Positions 59,277 to 64,000 of a stretch of 64,000 nt of DNA are shown piece by piece; the stretch's first letter is position 1, and every line of letters begins with the position of its first letter. The DNA is from Ruminiclostridium sp. (GTDB taxonomy: Bacteria > Bacillota > Clostridia > Oscillospirales > Ruminococcaceae), in contig JAGAWN010000045.1 in NCBI GenBank assembly GCA_017941355.1, positions 19,711 to 83,710 on the forward strand. The letters are read 5' to 3'. The notes below the pieces were generated by a model. The model saw nothing but the letters and a program-made list of their open reading frames with translations. It was not told the DNA's origin and ran no database searches. Both the position numbers and the translations under genes were made by a program.

Positions 59277-60032
59277 ATGAAGTATAAGGTGCTTATAAAC
59301 CAGGGGGAGAATCCCGCTATAATCAGGGATTTCTTTATATACACACAGAAGTATTTTACCGCCTACACAACTACCGATATATGGGAAGATGTGATAAACC
59401 ATTTTGAGGCTGTAAAGCCCGATGTTTACATAATCTTCATGGAATCCGCCTACAGTGAGGCTGTCACTCAGATTCCGAGGCTCAAAACCAACTCCAACTA
59501 TAATGACGCACCTATAATCGTGATCGGTAAGCGCGAAGACTGCAACGATTTCGAGCAGAATCACCCGCATACCGCAAGCATGATAATCCGCCGCCCCATA
59601 TCCTCCGATAATATTGCGCTCAGTGTCATCGCTTTCCTCGAAAAGGGACACGAGGAGCAGATAAGCGACAATACCAGAAAGAAGATACTTGTCGTTGACG
59701 ATGACCGCACCATACTGAAGATGATAAAGGCTGCGATCGAGGACAAGTACGACGTTACCGCAATGCTCAACGGCGTCATGGTGGAAAGATTCCTGTCCAT
59801 GAACGAAGTCGATCTCGTTATCCTTGACTACGAAATGCCGATAATGACCGGCGCTGCAATATTCCGTATGATGAAAGAAAATCCGAAATTCAGCAAGATC
59901 CCTGTCTGCTTCCTGACAGGCGTTTCGGAACGCGAAAAGGTGGAGGAGATCATGTCGCTCCGCCCGCGCGGATATCTGCTGAAACCTATCAATATGGAAA
60001 TGCTGCTCGCAACTATTGCCAACCTTGCATAA
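59277..60032 (+). CDS. Tandem receiver protein (degenerate REC plus canonical REC, no output domain)
   Basis: Start reassigned to MKYKVLINQGE (GGAGGA RBS). The second domain (KILVVDDDRTILKMI...DLVILDYEMPIMTG...LLKP) is a canonical CheY-like receiver. The first half is REC-like but lacks the DD pair. Confidence 0.75.
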   Translation: MKYKVLINQGENPAIIRDFFIYTQKYFTAYTTTDIWEDVINHFEAVKPDVYIIFMESAYSEAVTQIPRLKTNSNYNDAPIIVIGKREDCNDFEQNHPHTASMIIRRPISSDNIALSVIAFLEKGHEEQISDNTRKKILVVDDDRTILKMIKAAIEDKYDVTAMLNGVMVERFLSMNEVDLVILDYEMPIMTGAAIFRMMKENPKFSKIPVCFLTGVSEREKVEEIMSLRPRGYLLKPINMEMLLATIANLA

Positions 60033-60044
60033 GGAGAAACTACA

Positions 60045-62747
60045 ATGGACGACATCAGGAAAGACACTTCTATGGATGACGAAGAACTCAGACTAACCGA
60101 CTTGATAGACGTGGAAACTCTCCAGAGGATCCAGGACGCATTTTCGGATATGACAGGAATGGCTGCGCTTACCGCCGACAAAAACGGAGTTGCGGTAACT
60201 CAGGGTTCAAACTTCACCGATTTCTGCATGAAATATACCCGACGTTCCCTTTTCGGCTGCATGAAATGCTTCGAGTGCGACAAGCACGGCGCGGAGCTTA
60301 CTCTTGCAAGCGGACAGCCCTGCTCCTACTACTGCCATGCGGGACTTGTGGATTTCGCGGCACCGATCATGGCTAACGGGAAGATGATCGGAAGCTTTAT
60401 CGGAGGTCAGGTGCTTCCTCAGGCTCCGGTGCTGTCGGAATTCCGCAAGACCGCGGAGGAACTCGGGATAGACCCCGACGAGTATGTAAAAGCAGTTCAC
60501 GATGTCCGCATAGTTGACAAGGAAACTATAGACAAGGCAGCACATTCGCTGTACGCTATCGCGGGAGTTCTTTCGGATATGGCATACAAGAACCATATGC
60601 TGTTCAAGACCAACCGTGAGGTGGAAGCGGCTTCCCGTATGAAGAGCGACTTCCTCGCAAACATGAGCCATGAGATCCGGACACCTATGAACGCGGTACT
60701 CGGTATGGTGGATCTTGCTCTGCGTGAGGAAATGTCACATAACGCGAGAAACTTCGTAAATCAGATCAAAGTTGCGGGTAAGAACCTGCTTGTTATTATC
60801 AACGATATTTTGGACTTCTCAAAGATCGAATCCGGAAAAATGGAGATCATTCCGGACGAGTACGAGCCGCTGTCGATCGTGAACGACGTTGCCAACATCG
60901 TGAATACGCGTATCGGTGACAAGGAGATCGAGTTCACAATGGACATCGAGCCGACGATACCGAGAATGCTGTACGGCGACAATTTCCGTATTCATCAGAT
61001 AATGATAAACATTCTGAACAATGCGGTAAAATTCACTAGAAAGGGTTTTGTGAACCTGAAAATAGGCTGTGAGTTTGAGGGAGAGGATCAGGTAATACTG
61101 AAGATCGACATCAAGGACAGCGGTATCGGTATCAAGAACGAGGACAAGAAGAAGCTGTTCAACTCATTCCAGCAGGTTGACAGCAAGCGCAACCGTAATG
61201 TAGAGGGAACCGGACTCGGACTTGCTATCACGCAGCAGCTTCTCGGACTTATGGGCGGAAGCATACGCTTTGACAGTGAATACAACAAGGGAACGACGTT
61301 CTTTATCAAGATACCGCAGAAGATAGTTGACAGAATGCCGTCCGTTCCTCCGCTTGAGAAGAAGATAAGTGTGGTGGTGCGCTCGGACAACGAGTTCTTC
61401 AAGGATCAGCTGTTTATTGACCTCAAGCGCATAGGTGCGGATTACATAGAAGTTGAGAACTGCGCGGAGCTTGAAACATACAAACCGGACTTCCTTATCA
61501 TAGACAAGAACGAACTTACGAACTCGCTTCTCAACTACCTTGAAAAACACACGGAGATCATGTGTCTCGCAGTCGCGGACTACGCGAGCCGCAGCTCGGT
61601 AATGCTGCCGAATGTTCATGTTATCCGCAAGCCGGTGTACTCTCTCGGACTGTACAACGCTATGGGTATCAGCAATATCAAGCTGTTCACCGACACTTCC
61701 GAGGAAGAGACATTCAATTTTGTCGCGCCGGAAGCAAAGGTACTTATTGTCGATGACAACGCGGTCAACCTCACGGTAGCCAAAGGCTTGCTCGAACCGT
61801 TGCAAATGGGCGTTGAGCTTGCGAGCAACGTCGGTGAAGCGATAGACCTTATGAACCAGATGAAGTTTGATGTTATCTTCATGGATCACATGATGCCGGA
61901 AGTTGACGGGATCGAGGCTACGCATATCATCAGACGGCTGATGCCGGAATATGACGGAGTTCCGATAATCGCGCTGACTGCAAACGCGGTAAGCGGCGCA
62001 AAGGAGATGTTCCTTGCCGAGGGCATGGACGACTTTGTCGCAAAGCCGATAGATCTGAAAGATATCACGGCTAAGCTGCATAAATGGCTGCCTAAAGAGA
62101 AGCTGGTGCCGATTTCCGCGGAAGAAGCCGAAAAGGCAGCGGAGGAGAAGAAGCTTCTCCAGCCGGAAATAGTAATTGAGGGACTCGACACGAAAACTGC
62201 CATTGACCGTCTCGGCAGCATAGACCTGTTTATGACGGTAATGAAAGAGTATTATCTTGCGATAGACAAGAAATCCGAGGTCATTCAGAAGTATTTTGAA
62301 GCGGGCAGCATACACGATTACACTGTCGAAGTTCATTCGCTTAAGAGCACTTCCCGCCAGATAGGCGCAATGGAACTTGCCGATCTTGCGGCTGACCTTG
62401 AAAAAGCGGGCAACGAGGGCAATATTGCGCTCATCAAGGAAAAGACGATGCCGATGCTTGCGATGTACAGGCAGATGAAGGATATCTTACAGCCGCACGT
62501 TCCGGTGGAAGAAAAGAAGGAACTTGTCGCAGCCACGAAAGATGATATTCTTCCGCTGCTTGACCAGGTTGCGGAAGCTATTGAGACATTCGATACTCTT
62601 GCGATCGACGAGGTCGTGGAACAGCTCGCTGCGTTCGAGTTCCCCGCAGACCAGCAGACCTGCTTCGAGAATCTGCGCGACGCAGCCGAGATCAGCGATA
62701 TCGACACTATCGGTGCTATTATCCCCGAGTGGAAAGCTCTTCTTTGA
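60045..62747 (+). CDS. Cytoplasmic hybrid sensor histidine kinase: PocR, HisKA, HATPase_c, REC-like, REC, Hpt
   Basis: 900 aa. PocR-like N-terminus (FCMKYTRRSLFGCMKCFECDKHG...YYCHAGLVDFAAPI), H-box SHEIRTPMN, N box and G boxes (DSGIGI, GTGLGLAI), receiver DVIFMDHMMPEVDG, and Hpt HSLKSTSRQIG. No TM segment is seen. Confidence 0.88.
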   Translation: MDDIRKDTSMDDEELRLTDLIDVETLQRIQDAFSDMTGMAALTADKNGVAVTQGSNFTDFCMKYTRRSLFGCMKCFECDKHGAELTLASGQPCSYYCHAGLVDFAAPIMANGKMIGSFIGGQVLPQAPVLSEFRKTAEELGIDPDEYVKAVHDVRIVDKETIDKAAHSLYAIAGVLSDMAYKNHMLFKTNREVEAASRMKSDFLANMSHEIRTPMNAVLGMVDLALREEMSHNARNFVNQIKVAGKNLLVIINDILDFSKIESGKMEIIPDEYEPLSIVNDVANIVNTRIGDKEIEFTMDIEPTIPRMLYGDNFRIHQIMINILNNAVKFTRKGFVNLKIGCEFEGEDQVILKIDIKDSGIGIKNEDKKKLFNSFQQVDSKRNRNVEGTGLGLAITQQLLGLMGGSIRFDSEYNKGTTFFIKIPQKIVDRMPSVPPLEKKISVVVRSDNEFFKDQLFIDLKRIGADYIEVENCAELETYKPDFLIIDKNELTNSLLNYLEKHTEIMCLAVADYASRSSVMLPNVHVIRKPVYSLGLYNAMGISNIKLFTDTSEEETFNFVAPEAKVLIVDDNAVNLTVAKGLLEPLQMGVELASNVGEAIDLMNQMKFDVIFMDHMMPEVDGIEATHIIRRLMPEYDGVPIIALTANAVSGAKEMFLAEGMDDFVAKPIDLKDITAKLHKWLPKEKLVPISAEEAEKAAEEKKLLQPEIVIEGLDTKTAIDRLGSIDLFMTVMKEYYLAIDKKSEVIQKYFEAGSIHDYTVEVHSLKSTSRQIGAMELADLAADLEKAGNEGNIALIKEKTMPMLAMYRQMKDILQPHVPVEEKKELVAATKDDILPLLDQVAEAIETFDTLAIDEVVEQLAAFEFPADQQTCFENLRDAAEISDIDTIGAIIPEWKALL

Positions 62748-62812
62748 TGGGGCTCGCGGGGCAGGAGAACCCCCACCCTACACCAAAAGGGCTTTACCCA
62801 CTTCACTGGGAG
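62748..62812. repeat. Family 1 repeat arm, copy C1 (inverted relative to C2)
   Basis: CCCCCACCCTACACCAAAAGGGCTTTACCC is the approximate reverse complement of GGATAAAGCCCTTTGGAAAAAGAGAGGGG at 62915. Confidence 0.6.
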
Positions 62813-62837
62813 ACTTTATATATTGATGAATAATATC

Positions 62838-62878
62838 CAAAACAGCAGACTCGTTACTATCGGGTCTGCTGTTTTTGT
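62838..62878. terminator. Bidirectional hairpin terminator between the kinase gene and ppdK
   Basis: AAACAGCAGAC, 13-nt loop, GTCTGCTGTTT. T-runs are present on both strands. Confidence 0.7.
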
Positions 62879-62912
62879 GTTGCTGAACAAAGTATCGGGT
62901 CTGACAGCGGAG

Positions 62913-63012
62913 CGGATAAAGCCCTTTGGAAAAAGAGAGGGGTCGAGGGGAGAGGAAAAACCTTTCCCTCGGGAAAGGTTTTTCCTCTCCCCCGCTGCAC
63001 AAAAACCCCCGC
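62913..63012. repeat. Family 1 repeat, copy C2 (longest stem)
   Basis: Perfect 20-bp stem GGAGAGGAAAAACCTTTCCC / GGGAAAGGTTTTTCCTCTCC (62949-62990), flanked by GGATAAAGCCCTTTGG... and ...CCCGCTGCACAAAAACCCCC. Confidence 0.85.
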
Positions 63013-63077
63013 ACTTGACGGCGAACCGCCGGTGCAGGGGTCGAAGGATTCAGTTTGTTACCTTTTGAGGCGAACGC

Positions 63078-64000
63078 TTAGCGAAGTGCAGCCTGAGCAG
63101 CAGCAAGTCTTGCGATCGGAACACGGAACGGCGAGCAGGATACATAGTCAAGACCGATCTTGTGGCAGAACTCAACAGATGTCGGGTCACCGCCGTGCTC
63201 ACCGCAGATACCGCAGTGGAGCTTGCTGTTTACGGGCTTGCCAAGCTTGATAGCCATTTCCATGAGTTTGCCTACGCCTGTCTGGTCGAGTTTTGCGAAA
63301 GGATCGTTCTCGAAGATCTTGGTGTCGTAGTAAGCGCCGAGGAACTTGCCTGCGTCATCACGGGAGAAGCCGAATGTCATCTGAGTAAGGTCGTTTGTAC
63401 CGAAGCAGAAGAAGTCAGCTTCCTTAGCGATCTCGTCGGCTGTAAGAGCCGCTCTCGGGATCTCGATCATTGTACCAACTTCGTACTTGAGGTCGATACC
63501 TGCTTCCTTGATAACTTCGTCAGCAGTTTCAACAACTACCTTCTTGACGAACTTGAGCTCCTTGACCTCGCATACCAGAGGGATCATGATCTCGGGAACG
63601 AGGTTCCAGTCGGGATGAGCCTTCTTAACGTTGATAGCAGCCTTGATGACAGCCTTTGTCTGCATCTTTGCGATCTCGGGGTATGTTACCGCAAGACGGC
63701 AGCCTCTGTGACCCATCATCGGGTTGAACTCGTGCAGAGATGCAATGAGAGCCTTGATCTGCTCAACGGTCTTGCCCTTCTTGTCAGCGAGAGCCTTGAT
63801 GTCAGCTTCTTCTGTAGGAACGAATTCATGGAGCGGAGGATCGAGGAATCTGATAGTTACCGGGTAACCTTCAAGTGCTTCGTAAAGCTTCTCGAAGTCA
63901 GCCTGCTGCATGGGTTCGATCTTAGCGAGAGCCTCTTCGCGCTCCTCAACTGTATCGGAGCAGATCATCTCTCTGAACGGCCCGATCCTGTCGGGATCGA
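63078..64000 (-). CDS. ppdK: Pyruvate, phosphate dikinase, C-terminal (PEP-utilizing TIM barrel) part; 5' end lies outside the window
   Basis: FFCFGTNDLTQMTFGFSRDD, CGICGEHGGDPTSVEF, and the end VSCSPFRVPIARLAAAQAAL. The reading frame stays open upstream of the listed Met to position 64000. Confidence 0.9.
   Translation of the reverse strand, partial: DPDRIGPFREMICSDTVEEREEALAKIEPMQQADFEKLYEALEGYPVTIRFLDPPLHEFVPTEEADIKALADKKGKTVEQIKALIASLHEFNPMMGHRGCRLAVTYPEIAKMQTKAVIKAAINVKKAHPDWNLVPEIMIPLVCEVKELKFVKKVVVETADEVIKEAGIDLKYEVGTMIEIPRAALTADEIAKEADFFCFGTNDLTQMTFGFSRDDAGKFLGAYYDTKIFENDPFAKLDQTGVGKLMEMAIKLGKPVNSKLHCGICGEHGGDPTSVEFCHKIGLDYVSCSPFRVPIARLAAAQAALR

Noticed and set aside
61164-62336. 390-aa minus-strand ORF
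   Set aside because: It is antisense to the REC/Hpt part of the hybrid kinase and has no motifs.

Overview
Chromosomal segment from a Firmicutes/Clostridia-type genome (gene content and order resemble Oscillospiraceae/Ruminococcaceae; this is inference only). Three blocks are core genome. (i) A minus-strand dcw cell-wall/division cluster at 12.9-26.6 kb reads mraZ-rsmH-ftsL-PBP-murE-mraY-ftsW-murG-murA-ftsQ-ftsZ. (ii) rimM-trmD and ptsH lie at 27-29 kb. (iii) A complete S10-spc-alpha ribosomal protein super-operon at 32.5-48.8 kb runs rpsJ to rplQ and includes secY, adk, map, infA, rpmJ and rpoA. I found rpmD and rpmJ by hand because they fall below the ORF-track cutoff. The accessory regions hold several items:
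- an orphan operon of a CobU-like protein, PilT and a transglutaminase-like protein (1-2.9 kb);
- a small membrane protein coupled to a 1285-aa FtsX-type permease with a ~470-aa heptad coiled coil and no ATPase gene, followed by a sigma-70/ECF-like factor and a membrane protein (3.3-10.6 kb);
- an ABC-F ATPase;
- a four-gene membrane-protein operon containing a LITAF-like zinc-ribbon protein and DUF2085 (29-30.9 kb);
- a mobilizable integrative element with large serine recombinase, TnpW-like protein, relaxase and MobC (49.7-53.9 kb), followed by a 1215-aa adhesin-like surface protein and small regulators;
- a tandem-REC protein plus a PocR hybrid histidine kinase;
- the 3' part of ppdK.
The most unusual sequence-level signals are two families of GC-rich interspersed repeats. 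One of them forms three tandem 103-bp copies inside the ribosomal operon between rplB and rpsS. No tRNA, rRNA or CRISPR array was seen. I did not recognise a defined new defence-type system; the candidates for novelty are listed as findings.
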